DNA from: Euprymna scolopes
Taxonomy: Eukaryota
Length of the DNA: 64,000 bases
Assembly (NCBI GenBank): GCA_053919585.1
Contig: CM132787.1
Reading direction: 5' to 3' (one strand)
Below, in pieces: positions 14,288-26,142 of the stretch (position 1 is the first letter of the stretch; each line of letters begins with the position of its first letter). The position numbers and the translations under genes were made by a program. Under the pieces are notes generated by a model. That model did no database searches. It was not told where the DNA came from and saw only the letters and a program-made list of their open reading frames with translations.

Positions 14288-14337
14288 ACTCTTCTGATGA
14301 GAAGCATTAGGCTTCAAAATGCCCTGGTATAAAGAGT
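14288..14337 (+). ncRNA. Type I hammerhead ribozyme fold with G12A change
   Basis: actctt-CTGATGA-gaagc(attag)gcttc-aAAA-tgcc(ct)ggta-TA-aagagt; stems I, II and III all pair. Confidence 0.75.
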
Positions 14338-14535
14338 CCCTTCTATCCCCCAAATTTTGCCTGTATTCCATTATTAAATAAATGATCCATTCTATATGTA
14401 CCAATATATAGTTTTGTGTCCTCATTTCATACTCTTGTTGTCCTATTATATATATAACATAAAATTTAGTTTCTAAAAAATAGTTCTTCGGATATGAATT
14501 CCAAAACTAAGCTGAGTAAAGACAACATCATTTCT

Positions 14536-14578
<43 letters not shown>

Positions 14579-14607
14579 CATAAATATATATATGTATATA
14601 TATATTA

Positions 14608-14732
14608 GTCATCCACATACAGTACTGTTTCGCTGTTTCACAGCTCATCAATGTGGCTAGACAAGCAACTACCTCAAGCCAGGATCGAAATCCGATCGCC
14701 TAAACGACAGAGTTCTAACCATTGTGATATAC
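14608..14732 (-). mobile_element. Short element made of a tRNA-like head plus a hammerhead, lying in (TA)n
   Basis: Minus strand atatcacaatggttagaac...ggatttcgatcctgg (A-box and B-box like) directly upstream of the hammerhead. Confidence 0.55.
14613..14656 (-). ncRNA. Minimal type I hammerhead ribozyme fold with C3U change
   Basis: Minus strand: ccaca-tTGATGA-gctgt(gaa)acagc-GAAA-cagtactg-TA-tgtgg; stem III is the palindrome acagtactgt; GUA cleavage triplet. Confidence 0.8.
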
Positions 14733-14750
14733 ATATATATATATAAGGCA

Positions 14751-15425
14751 CTAGTAGTGAGATCCGACGTGACATTGCACATGATTGAATGATGATCAAT
14801 GAGTGTTTCACACTCCCATAGTTTTTATTGTCATCGAAATCGGTGAAATTGCCCATTTTTCAATCAAATCGATTGTCGGCTCTAGTTGGGGACCTATGGT
14901 GATGCACCAGGAGGAAACTTTGCATGCTTTTTTGCAGTGACTGACAACAGATTGTTTTTGTAGTCTACATTGCATTGCAGAGAATTTACTGTTTATTTTA
15001 TAAAATTATTTTTTTATATATAATGGCTTGAATTAAAGTTTAAAGTGCAAAAGTCAAGTATCATGCTTTAATTGTGCTCTTAATAGAAACATTTATTTTG
15101 AACATACCACTGTCATATCAAAGAACCTATCGAGGTTATATATTGGGTCTTTTGGCTTGTGTAGTAATAAAATTTCTTAAATGCACTTGTGATGTTAGGC
15201 TGTGTAAGACGTTAACTTTGGTCAAAATCGCCTGCTCCTTCTTTTATCGAATTATTTCGATTATCGATACTTATCAAAGACATTCCCTTACAAAACCTAT
15301 CTAACAACACTGCCAGGCACATGAAGTACCTTTGTGGCAAATTTCATAAAAATCAACCAAGCCGTTTGTTAGTCCATAGGAAACACTCACACATAGACAC
15401 AAAGTTTCTTTTATATAATAGTAGA
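14751..15425 (-). mobile_element. Non-autonomous Helitron-like element
   Basis: Minus strand starts a|TCtactattatataaaag with a (TG)-rich tract and ends with a hairpin remnant and CTAG|t; 5' part homologous to 36273-36345 plus 41453-41530. Confidence 0.6.
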
Positions 15426-15682
15426 TATAAAAAAGCAAAGTTGTCTGCAAGTGCATCGCAGCATCACAATTGAATGGTCCATTTAAAAGCTCATTTAGCT
15501 GCGATGTCAGATGTTCTTAGATCTCTTTAAAGACTTGTGATTAAAAATCAAAAGTATGTAAAAATAACATTAGAAACAAAATATTACACATTTTAACCAA
15601 TTAATATTTTCTATTTTTAACCAATTAATATTTTCTATTATTAACCAATTGATATTATATAATATATAATTAATAGTTTATA

Positions 15683-16429
15683 TCTATAATATAAAGGTGT
15701 GTGTGTGTGTGTGGTCACGAGTAGGCTCCTATATGGTTGACTATTTTTAAAAACTGATTACATATAATGATAGATGATGTATCGAGACACAGGAATGGGT
15801 ATGTTTGATCTGGCAGAACAGTGGTTCATTAAAATTGTGGGGTCTGCGTTCATGCCTGGTTCACAAAGTATGGAAATAAAAAATTAAAAAAAAAAAAACG
15901 TTTACAAGTGTTTTTTGATATAGATGTACATAATAATACTTTGATAAGTACGTTTTAACTTAAATAATGATGGTATAATAAAATTGTGGGGTCTACATTC
16001 GCGCCTGGCCTCCATAGAATGGAAATAGCCACAAACTTTAATAAAGACTTTTCATATCTATCTTCGTAAGTATACTCTGATAATTATGTTTCAGTTTGAA
16101 GAAATGGTATAATAAAATGATGAGGTGTTCGTTCGCACATGACCTCCATAGAATGGAAATATGTCACAAAGTTTAACACGTATTTTTAATATAGATCCAC
16201 AGAATAGTGTGTGATAAGTGTTTCACTGTGAACAGGTATGGTATAATAAATTATGGGGTTTATCGATTTTATTTTTACTTTCATCATATTTTGCTTTGAT
16301 TTTGATAGCCCCAAATTCAACCCAAATTTACAACCCTTCCTTTTCATAACCTATCATACTTTCATAAATCAGAGTCCATTTTCTGTAGGCTGTTTTTGAA
16401 CCCAGGTCAATGACGGATACTTTTGCTAG
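15683..16429 (+). mobile_element. Non-autonomous Helitron-like element with ~120-bp internal repeats
   Basis: a|TCtataatataaag(gt)n start, CTAG|t end with a decayed subterminal hairpin; repeated ggtataataaaattgtgggg motifs. Confidence 0.65.
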
Positions 16430-16454
16430 TAATAATATAATTGATATTAATATT

Positions 16455-17757
16455 TTTTTATTATTAACCAATTAATGTCTTCTAATATTAACCAATTGAT
16501 AAAATTTTCTAATATTAACCAATTGATAAAATATTTTATTATTAACCAATTGATAAAATATTTTATTATTAACCAATTGATAAAAATTTTTTTATTATTA
16601 ACCAATTGATAATATTTTTATTATTAACCAATTGATAATATTTTTATTATCAACCAATTGATAATATTTTTATTATCAACCAATTGATAATATTTTTATT
16701 ATTAACCAATTGATAATATTTTTATTATTAACCAATTGATAATATTTTTTATTATCAACCAATTGATAATATTTTTATTATTAACCAATTGATAATATTT
16801 TTATTACCAATCAATTGATAATATTTTTAATGTTAACCAATTGATAATATTTTTATTATTAACCAATTGATAATATTTTTATTATTAACCAATTGATAAT
16901 ATTTTTATTATCAACCAATTGATAATATTTTTATTATCAACCAATTGATAATATTTTTATTATCAACCAATTGATAATATTTTTATTATTAACCAATTGA
17001 TAATATTTTTATTATCAACCAATTGATAATATTTGTATTATTAACCAATTGATAATATTTTTATTATTAACCAATTGATAATATTTTTATTATTAACCAA
17101 TTGATAATATTTTTATTATTAACCAATTGATAATATTTTTATTATCAACCAATTGATAATATTTTTATTATTAACCAATTGGTAATATTTTTATTATTAA
17201 CCAATTGATAATATTTTTATTATTAACCAATTGATAATATTTTTATTATCAACCAATTGATAATATTTTTATTATCAACCAATTGATAATATTTTTATTA
17301 TCAACCAATTGATAATATTTTTATTATTAACCAATTGATAATATTTTTATTATCAACCAATTGATAATATTTTTATTATCAACCAATTGATAATATTTTT
17401 ATTATCAACCAATTGATAATATTTTTATTATTTACCAATTGATAATATTTTTATTATTAACCAATTGATAATATATCAACCAATTGATAATATTTTTATT
17501 ATTAACCAATTGATAATATTGTTGTTATTATTAACCAATTGATAATATTGTTGTTATTATTAACCAATTGATAATATTGTTATTATTACCCAATTGATAA
17601 AAGGTTTTATTATTAACCAATTGATAATTTTTTTTTTATTATTATTAACCAATTGATAAATTTTTTTATTAATCACCAATTGATAATATTTTTTATTATC
17701 AACCAATTGATAATATTTTTTATTATCAACCAATTGATATTTTCTATTATTAACCAA
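16455..17757. repeat. 26-bp AT-rich tandem array, about 50 copies (aaccaattgataatatttttattatt)
   Basis: Direct periodicity with a homogeneous centre and degenerate edges; further degenerate units at 15590-15655. Confidence 0.95.
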
Positions 17758-18169
17758 CCGAACAACATTCTCCAAATTAAATCATTTCACTAAAAAAATA
17801 AATCAACACAAAAATAAGTAAATGTTTTTTGGGGTTTTTTTTCAAGTCAAATCCTTGTTTTACATCATTTTGTCATTAAAAATAATTTTCTTTTATTTAT
17901 TTTAGACAACCAAACTATTTTTAATGTGGGGATCAAAACAATACTTTTAATTCTGTATTCCATTGCTAAACTTATAATTTTAAGGAGATTAAAAAGACAA
18001 ACAATTGGGTTTCATTAGGGCATATTAGTTCCATTCTCAATCATATTTTAAGTATCATCCACACTAAGGATTGAATCTTCAATCTTCAGAAAAATGTAAC
18101 TTACAGCTGAATTTTACCAAGTACTTTATCCATTATGCTATGAATCAACCTTAGAGTTAGTGACACTCA

Positions 18170-18410
18170 AAATACAATTGCAAATTACTTAAGACTTCTA
18201 CCCAGTCATAGTTGATGGAACGGGAACATGCTACCTCCGTGGATTAAATAAAGGATTCCATTTGAAATTCTATGCAGATTCCCAAGTTTGACAAAGATTT
18301 CCAAATTCAACAAGATACACTTGGAGAAGGTTGGAGGCTACATTGACTGAAATGTTATGAAAATAACACAAGATGAGTCTGAATAATTCAAAAAGCTCAG
18401 AAAAATAAAT
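18170..18410 (+). repeat. Decayed copy of a Penelope-pLTR-like dispersed repeat
   Basis: aatacaattgcaaattactta...acacttggagaagg...gaaatgttatg is homologous to 33805-34025. Confidence 0.6.
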
Positions 18411-18752
18411 TAAACTTAATATTTTTAAATAAATGAAACAAAATTTTAATTTATTAAATTTTTTACAATTAGATGGTGTAAAATTATATGAAACAAAAAT
18501 AATGAAAAAAATGGTTTTAAAACTGCTTAAGTTGACGAGATGATGTTATCTTTGATTTTGAAACAGTTTATTTTAAAATTATTAAAGTCTAAATTTTTTA
18601 CACGGCGGCATCAGATTTATTGTATTTCATCCTTGTGGATCAATTTGTTTTTTAATTTTGATTTATCATTTTTTTTTTTTTTTGATGGGTTTTGAAGGCA
18701 TTAATCTGCATACAAATGAAAGATTACATGCATTATAATTTTTATGTTGCAG

Positions 18753-18862
18753 ATATTTTTTCTGAATATTGTTGGCAGATGGACGTTGATGTTGATTCCA
18801 ATCTGTTACATCTACAACGAATGCCATTTCAGAAGCCACCAAAACCAATCAATTATAAAGTG
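18753..18862 (+). CDS. Second coding exon (stem region, YIFSEYCWQMDVDVDSNLLHLQRMPFQKPPKPINYKV)
   Basis: Acceptor tttttatgttgcAG ending at 18752 and donor GTGAGT at 18863. 110 nt, entering in phase 1 and leaving in phase 0, which links exons 1 and 3 in frame. Confidence 0.65.
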
Positions 18863-19074
18863 GTGAGTACGAATAATATTGACAAAATGTCCAATATATA
18901 AATGTTAAATTCATTTGACTAAACAAGACGAAATCCTCAACTGTGATATTTTAAAATATACAGAAAATCGAATATGCATATCAGTGACATTTTTATCATA
19001 TTCTATGTTTTTGTTTTGTTTGATTTTTCCTTAGTTTAAGTCAAATAATATCTGGCTGATATTTATCTCTCTCC

Positions 19075-19815
19075 CACAGCGAGCGGGAAGTAAGATTGAA
19101 AAGCCAGCGCCACAGAGGAGAATCACTCTGGCCTGTAAAAAAAGCCTGGACAGCCCCATCTGCATTCTCTGGTAGGGGCACTTCAGGCAATTAGCAATAA
19201 ACTAAATTTTTCTCAGAGAGAGCAGGCAAAGCATATGAGAGTAAACCTCCTAAAAATGCATAGGACCAACAATACGCTGCAGTCAAAAAGGAAGACTATT
19301 TAAAAAATGGCGTAGATTTTGTTGGCTGTTGGGAATGAGGTAAAAAATCCCCTGGCTTATTGATATTTGTTTTTGTTCTGTACCTAATGAAACATTAATC
19401 ATCTCATTTTCATATTTCTCCCCATGTAATGCATGTCTTCCACCCTCATTGGCCAGGTTTTACTTCCATACATTATAACACTGTATTAACATTGGTAATA
19501 CTCTGTGATTCGTAATGTCCAGAATACATTTTACTATTTAAGCCTGGAACCTGACAAAGTTGGCCTGAGAGTAATGACAACTAAAGATTAACTCTGTTCA
19601 TGTTCCTCCAGCAGCGAGAAGATGTGACACAAGGTCAAGAAAGTAGAATTTGAAAAGCTAGTGCTCTAAAAAGCAAACACTCTGACCTGAAAAAAATACG
19701 TGGACAGCCCCATCGGCATTTCTTGGTAGGGGCGCCTTAAGTAATTAACAATAAGCTAAACCCTTCTCAAAGGCAAGGTCTGGGAGAGTGGGCCTCCTAA
19801 AACTGTACAAGACAA
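19075..19815 (+). repeat. Two diverged direct copies of a ~200-bp SINE-like repeat (19075-19270, 19606-19815) around an RTE fragment (19390-19490, minus)
   Basis: Shared tggacagccccatc.gcatt...ggtagggg...cctcctaaaa; the middle piece matches 44590-44660 (YGSETW-like). Confidence 0.55.
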
Positions 19816-20529
19816 GCTCATACAACTTGAAAAGGTCATTTTAATGATGACCTATACTAGTCTTTGGGGCCAAGGGAAACCCCTCACTGAACTCAAACTA
19901 AGGAGTGACACTACACTCCTCAAATCTCCCAAATCTGATTAACATTTTGCATATGCTTTAGTATTTACCTCCTTTGATCATAGTTGCTAAAGAAAGGAAA
20001 TAATCATAGTGAAATAGACATCCTAGTCATCTGATCTTGCTCTTGATTTTTTTTTCTTTTCAAAGGTTCATTAAGCAGATCCTGGAAGGAAGTAAAAAAG
20101 AGCCATACTGAATCACACACACATACTTTATGAATATATTATGAAACTGATTAATATAGCCTAATTATTATTAAGCTTATTCTTAACTGCATTATAGTAT
20201 TAAGTAGATTATGTGAGATCTGAACGTTGTGTAAAACAAACATCATACATGTTTCCATGCCAAAAACTCTCATAAATTACTCAAAATGAATCTCTATTGT
20301 CCCAACACATACATGTATGCATCATCAACTCTCTGACTCCATGAAATAAAAAAAATTAATAGTGCCCTTGATATTGCTATTAATTTCTTTTGTAAAAATA
20401 CACTTTGTCATAAAAAATTGATGATAATCACTACTCCTGACAGATATTCATGAAAATCAACAAATGTTCAATAAGGCAACCAATATTTAACCAACACCAA
20501 AAGAATATATATATGTAAAAAGTCACTTT

Positions 20530-21050
20530 CTCTTTCTGCTCATGAATATCTCTCTAATCTTGTTATCTTCTTTCAATGTCTTCAGTCTAGCTTTCTTTTG
20601 TTTTTTTCAATGACTGACCTAAGGTATCCATTATTGGATAAAGTATCAGTAATCATTCTCAGCTCTTCATCCAATTTTGTTTTTGAACAGATCATAAGGG
20701 CACGATGTGTTAGGGTCCAAATTAAATTAACCTTGCTTTTGTTAGAGCAAAACAAATCCAAGCATATATACAATCCTGTAAATGTGAGTCTGCGGTATAT
20801 TGATTGATTTAAGGAAACTGGAAGTTTTTGTTACCAGTATATAAAGGAGAGCGCGTTATGCTCTCCTTCATTTGTTTTAACGCAGGATGCATGATATTAA
20901 GAAGTATTTATCTCTGTTTGATCATTAAAGAAGCAAAATGTGTCATCTACATATCAAAAGAAAACTAAAGGTTTTATGGGTCCAGAAAAATGTTCACCAT
21001 TATTGGTCCCAAACTGAGCTCATGGATACCCCATCCATTATATCTACATT
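20530..21050 (-). mobile_element. Penelope-like RT fragment
   Basis: Minus strand encodes DGVSMSS (GVAMGS-like), RYVDDTFCF, YRRLTFTGLY and LTHRALMICS...LSNNGY. Confidence 0.75.
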
Positions 21051-21601
21051 TTTTTTGCAAGCTATACACTGAGGGCAGCTCTTATAACCTTGTTCATAGA
21101 GTATTGTTGTGACTTTTGGGTTAGTGCATCCAACATTATCCTCTCCCTCGTGCACAATGTACATAAAACAATTTCTAACTTAATTATTCCCTAACATAAG
21201 CACCCACGATCCGCCTGACTAGCAATAAAATTTTCTATTCTGATAGCTTCTTTCCTCAAACAACTTCTCTATGAAATTCCTTCCCTGCTTCTCTGAATTT
21301 AAATGTAATGTGAACAAACATCTTTCAACTCAGCTCCTTACCAAGGTTACCTCCCCTAAAAAAAAATGACTGACTCCTATTACAGTAGCCTGTTATGTTT
21401 TCAGTGGCATATGCCTTGTTTCAAGTTAAGAGGTTTTCCAATAGAAACAAAAATAATTTTTTGCAAACACACAAATTCATTTTTAATTATGTAGATGTTA
21501 GAAATTATTTTTTTATGCATTCACATTGTAAACCTCCATTTTTAAAATGATAATTTTTTTTTTTTGTGAATATTTTTTTGTGAATATATGATTAATATAA
21601 G

Positions 21602-22128
21602 GTTTTATGAATACTCAGTAGCAAAGATTATTCACAAAAATATTTCAATATCAATTCTCGTTGGATCACCAGTTACGCAATGTTTAGCATCATCAGTACT
21701 TAGACAGGTAATTATTCATGCTTGATACTCTGAGAGTTCTCCCTGCCACTGGATTTTTCAGCAATGCTGGGTTAAGAGATTGGTTGGTTGTTTTTGTTTT
21801 ATGGCATATCAACCCTTTTCAGCTTATTTAATGCCGAATCCGTCATTTTGAAGAAAATCTTTTTAATAGAATATATTTGTTTTTTTGCAAGTCTGTTTCT
21901 ATTAAACCCATTGTTGGGACCCAAACAGATACTACCACTCCGGGTCAGAGTGGACCTGGGAGCAATGGCAATTAAAGGGTGGCTCCACACTCCCCAGAGC
22001 CCGTAAGCTGGGGCCTCACCATTGGATATAGTTTAAGGTCATATCCAAGACCTGGGTTAAGAGAGTGCAGTTGGTAATTGTGCAACCCTTAACTCCACTA
22101 TAAGTGGCCTAACTTTAAAAGTGATTGT
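21602..22128 (+). mobile_element. 5S rRNA-derived SINE interrupted by a second SINE
   Basis: Colinear with the reverse complement of 34203-34432 once 21780-22064 is removed; head resembles 5S (ttctcg..gatcaccagtta.gcaa...cagtactt). Confidence 0.6.
21780..22051 (-). mobile_element. SINE or non-autonomous element with the I/Nimb LINE 3' tail
   Basis: 13-bp TSD ctgggttaagaga at 21767-21779 and 22052-22064; tail ggcattaaat...ggttgatatgccataaaa...(ccaa)n matches LINE 31845-31900; body matches 25921-26142. Confidence 0.85.
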
Positions 22129-22169
22129 AAAAAGTCAGTTTTTTTTTTTTTGGGGGGGGGGGGATTCAT

Positions 22170-22665
22170 TTACATAGGAGTCACCACTTATTAAGGCCCA
22201 GAGACCACTCGAGCGTAAGGGATAATGGGTGTACAGTAGTCAATGGGACAATATCATAGTAATTGTTAGTAGTGGAAATTTAGTAAATTGGATTACTTAA
22301 GGGGAATGGTTCATCAAGAACTTGCTTACGTTGGACTTGAAGATGACCAAATTGTAGTCAGCTGGGAGAGAGTTATACAGGTGTGCAAATCTAAAAAAGA
22401 AGCTTTGTTCATGGAATCTACATTTAGGTTTAGGCACAGATAAAGAGTGAGGGAAATTATTGATAGTGTTTTCAGCTAGACGAGTGTTTTTCATGAAAGT
22501 TTGGCAAGGAGATAGCCATAGATCAGGGATCAGACGAGTGCTTGCCATGAAAATATCAATAAAGCAGAGACTGGCTTGCAACGTCTCTTCTGTGGGAAAG
22601 AAAAGGGCATCCTCCACTAGGCTACGAAGTCTATTTTGAGCTCTGTCAAGGCAGGATAAGACATT
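22170..22665 (-). mobile_element. CR1-group family A 3' fragment
   Basis: FPHSLSVPKPKCRFHEQSFF and the family A tail. Confidence 0.8.
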
Positions 22666-22859
22666 TCTAGTATAAGGATAAGGTCTTTTTCTAATAAAGC
22701 TCTATTTTGCTCCCCTACCTATATGTAAAAATAAGATCAAGTCTTGTATAAAAAACTTATTCAAAGTTAGACACAAGTCTTTAAGACTGAGGGTGTATCT
22801 CTCACTGTGGATTAATTACACCTCCAAATATCAACCTGGAAATTTCTACGATCCAGCAT

Positions 22860-22972
22860 GGTACATGCAATGCCTGACATTTCCAAATGGTCACCCATGT
22901 GATACTAGCTAGGCTCATTGTTGCTTAACTGATCTGGCAAGAACTGGTGTTTTAACATGATTATGCTACAGT
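22860..22972 (-). pseudogene. 5S rRNA-derived sequence (pseudogene or SINE head)
   Basis: Minus strand cataatcatgttaaaacaccagttctt...agttaagcaac...atgggtgacc. Confidence 0.65.
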
Positions 22973-23187
22973 TCATTATTGGGATAGTTTTTGGTCAAGG
23001 TCATTTCTTCCCAGGACTGACAATCTGGATACACTGATAGGTCTATTCACCACTGATTCACATGTCCAAATTAACTGTCTGTTTATTTTGAAGTTTAGCT
23101 TCTCCTGATCTCTCTGCAGATTAAAGTGTTATAAATTAAGTTTATTATAAAACATTAGAAGTATTTTAAGTAAGGTAATCCATAGAT

Positions 23188-23430
23188 TATATGACATAAT
23201 CACGTTGATACATCATTTCCTTTTAAATCACAGAAGTTAAGCAACATTGAGCCTGGTCAGTACTAAATGGGTGACTATTTCAGAATACCAGGTGCTGTAT
23301 ATGGTTACCGCTTATCTCAGCATTCAGTTGTCCTGAACTTCTTGTCACTGGAATCAAATGGTGCCGATTCAGGAGAAGAGTGATTGGGGATTCCACAACC
23401 CTTACTTCACAATTACATGTGCAGCCACCC
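23188..23430 (+). mobile_element. 5S rRNA-derived SINE (5S-like head 23188-23300)
   Basis: cacgttga...gaagttaagcaac...gcctggtcagtact.aatgggtgac...gaataccaggtgctgta matches metazoan 5S rRNA; body weakly similar to the other 5S-SINE copies. Confidence 0.75.
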
Positions 23431-23641
23431 TTACAAAGTGTATCCATTGTCTTTCAAGACTGACAAGAGGCTATGAGATCATAGAGTAAATGTGGTATTG
23501 TTTTGATTGTGAAAGTACCGGACAAATAGTGAAAGAATTAAAGGAACACTGTGTGTACAAAATGGGTCAATATGCTTCTAGCTAAGAATAGGATAAACAA
23601 AGAATGACCACAGACCTCACCTTTTGATTGCCCTGTGCCAT

Positions 23642-23955
23642 ATTTGTTTGGTTTGGTTGTTTTATTTTATGGCATATCCACCCTTTTTGGGTTATTTAAT
23701 GCAAAAGTCAGTCATTTTGATAAAAGTTTTTATGTTTCACGTTGTTTGTAGCTTCAAATATTTATTCATGGTGTTTGATTTGGTTGTTTTGTAGAGGAAA
23801 TTTGTTTTTATTTTCAGCTTTGCAGAACATAAGTTTTGCAAAAGGAAGTAAAAAAAATAACTTCATTGTTTGGTGCATTTTATATCAGGAAGCCAATATC
23901 CTGCATTTGTAAAAATTGTTTGCATCTTTTTTCAAATACATCTTTCAAATTGTAG
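23642..23955 (-). mobile_element. I/Nimb-like LINE 3' end fragment
   Basis: Tail gcattaaataacc...ggtggatatgccataaaa followed by (aacca)-type repeats. Confidence 0.55.
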
Positions 23956-25920
23956 TATCTGCTTTGTCTTCAAGCAAAAAATGAGAAATACTTCTCAGCT
24001 AATATAATTCCCCCCCCCCTCCATCCAAAATTTGTCCTGGTTTTATTTGTCATGCATTAATTATTGGAGGCTAAATTTTTTGTACCTAAATGTACCACAA
24101 CAACAAAGAACTATCAGAAGTTGTCATCTTTTATCGTAAATTAACCATGCTTTAATTTGTTATATATAAATCATAAAAACCGTACTGACATTCCATGTTG
24201 TGACAATTCTTGTCCACGGTTGTAAGATTGGATTTTTTAAAACAAAATTTTGAAATTTGTCCGTTTTTTAGGCAGTTTTTCCTTCAAAAATTGTGTTTGG
24301 CTTTTTTCAAAGTGCAACGTACTGACTAACTTGTGAAGTAACAAGCAGAATATTATATTAATAAATTAGTGTCATACCAAGTCATAAAATATTAATTTTT
24401 CAAGCATATGAATATAAATAGGAACATTGATTATGGAGGAGATGAAAGTGTGTCAATAAAAGTATTCAACTCTTAAATTCAAATTAAAAAAAAAACAACT
24501 TCAAAGTGTTTTCTTAATTATTCAAAAGAACATAATTTGCTCAATTCAAGTCATGAAACTAATATAATATTGAGAAACATTTCCGTCTTTTTACTCCTCC
24601 ACATAAAAACCCTTGTGTCTAACTTTGCTCTTGTGGGATGCCATTAAAGAGAAGGAACACTCTCATGTAAAACCTAAGATCTACTGTCTGCTCGGTCTTG
24701 TGGCAGCCATTGCACTGATTGATATTAGCGGTTGTACCAAAAAGTATGGTTGGTTCTGCACAAAGCCTCCACCACTATAAACAAATCCTCTGTAAGAATT
24801 TCTGAACAACTTAGTTGTTGTGTTGGACCTCATATATCGAAATCAACAGTAGTATCATCAATGAACTCTGTGGAGAGGCTGTCTAAGAAGTTGAAAAAAC
24901 GTCCAATACTCCTAAAAATGATGATGCAGAACACATTCTCCACTTATGCCAGCATTACTTTTGGTAATAGTTTTCCCTACAACTGGATTTTAAGCAGTGC
25001 TGAGTAAAGAGAAGTTAAGTTCATGATTATGCAATCCTTTACTTCACTATAAAATATTTTTTGCATGGGCACCCTTTCAAGGAGTATTTATTGTGCCCGG
25101 AGACAAAGTTAGTCAGTCATTAGTTTGTTTTTTTTTTGTTTTTTTTGTTTTTTTTCTTAGATCACGCTCCTTTAAAATGTCACCATGTCTAAAGCTGAAA
25201 AAAGAAACAAATGATACATCTCGTTTAAAATATAACCTTCAACTCTTAACTAAAATCAACCCGCACTTATAGGAATGCTACATGACAGGACAGATTGTGT
25301 TTTAGAAAGAAGAAAGAACAAACAGCATTTGTAGCATGACATTTATTTCAACAATTGAGGATACCTTTACTACAACTACTGTTCCTGTTTTTTTTTTGTT
25401 TTTTTTTTACCAAATTAACCGAATTGGAAAAATGGACTTTAAATTTGGGTTATCAATTTTAATATGTGGTTTTTGTGAGAAAGAATCCCAGCAAAATGCT
25501 CAATTATAAAGAAGAAAATTCTATATTGTAAGAGCATAATATTTTAAAATTTTACAGAAGGTTAGAAACACATTGGTACCGTCAGTTTCAAATCTGATAT
25601 AAGGGGACTAGTTTATTGCTAAAAAAAATATCAGATTCTCTTCATCCACTGTTTATATCTGTTTCTTATTGGAAACAGTGATCGCACATTGTTTAATAAT
25701 AATAAAAAAAATAAATAAATTACAATCTAAAAAACTGGTGCTACCAGATCAGGCTGCCCTGTGGCTTCCTGAGACGAAATGCACCTACATTGACGTTTTT
25801 TTTTTTTTTGTTTTCTGATCTTTTTTGTAAAACTTAATTATGTTCTGCAAAACCAAAAACAAAAACAACAGCCTATTTCCCCCCCCCCCTTTTTATTTTA
25901 TTTTTTCCTACCTTACTCCC

Positions 25921-26142
25921 GGTCCTGGATATGACCTTAAACTACATCTGATGGTGAGGTCCGGCTTACGGGCTTGGGGAGTGTGGAGCCACCTTTTAAT
26001 TGCCATTGCTCCCAGGTCCACCCTGACCCGGAGTGGTAGTACCTGTTAGGGTCCCAACTATGGGTTAAATAGAAACAGATTTTAAAAAGGAAAAGAAACA
26101 ACAAAAAAAGAAAGAAAAAGAAAACAAATATATTCTATTAAA
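25921..26142 (+). mobile_element. Second copy of the Nimb-tail SINE, lacking its own tail
   Basis: Starts at the same gtc(c/t)tggatatgaccttaaac as the 21780-22051 copy; similarity stops after tattctattaaa. Confidence 0.8.

Larger units (their letters stand above)
11370..14540 (+). mobile_element. Candidate highly decayed Penelope-like element with direct and inverted terminal modules in (TA)n
   Basis: An ~80-bp module occurs inverted at 11370-11447 and direct at 11582-11661 and 14461-14540; hammerhead fold at 14288. No recognisable ORF remains. Confidence 0.4.

Noticed and set aside
24560-25100. Possible mariner or pogo transposase remnants
   Set aside because: Only vague motif resemblance across several frameshifts and no paired TIRs.
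25735-25790. Hammerhead-like or HDV-like fold (ggtgc...gacgaaatgcacc)
   Set aside because: No CUGANGA core, no NUH geometry, and the HDV pairings cannot be built.
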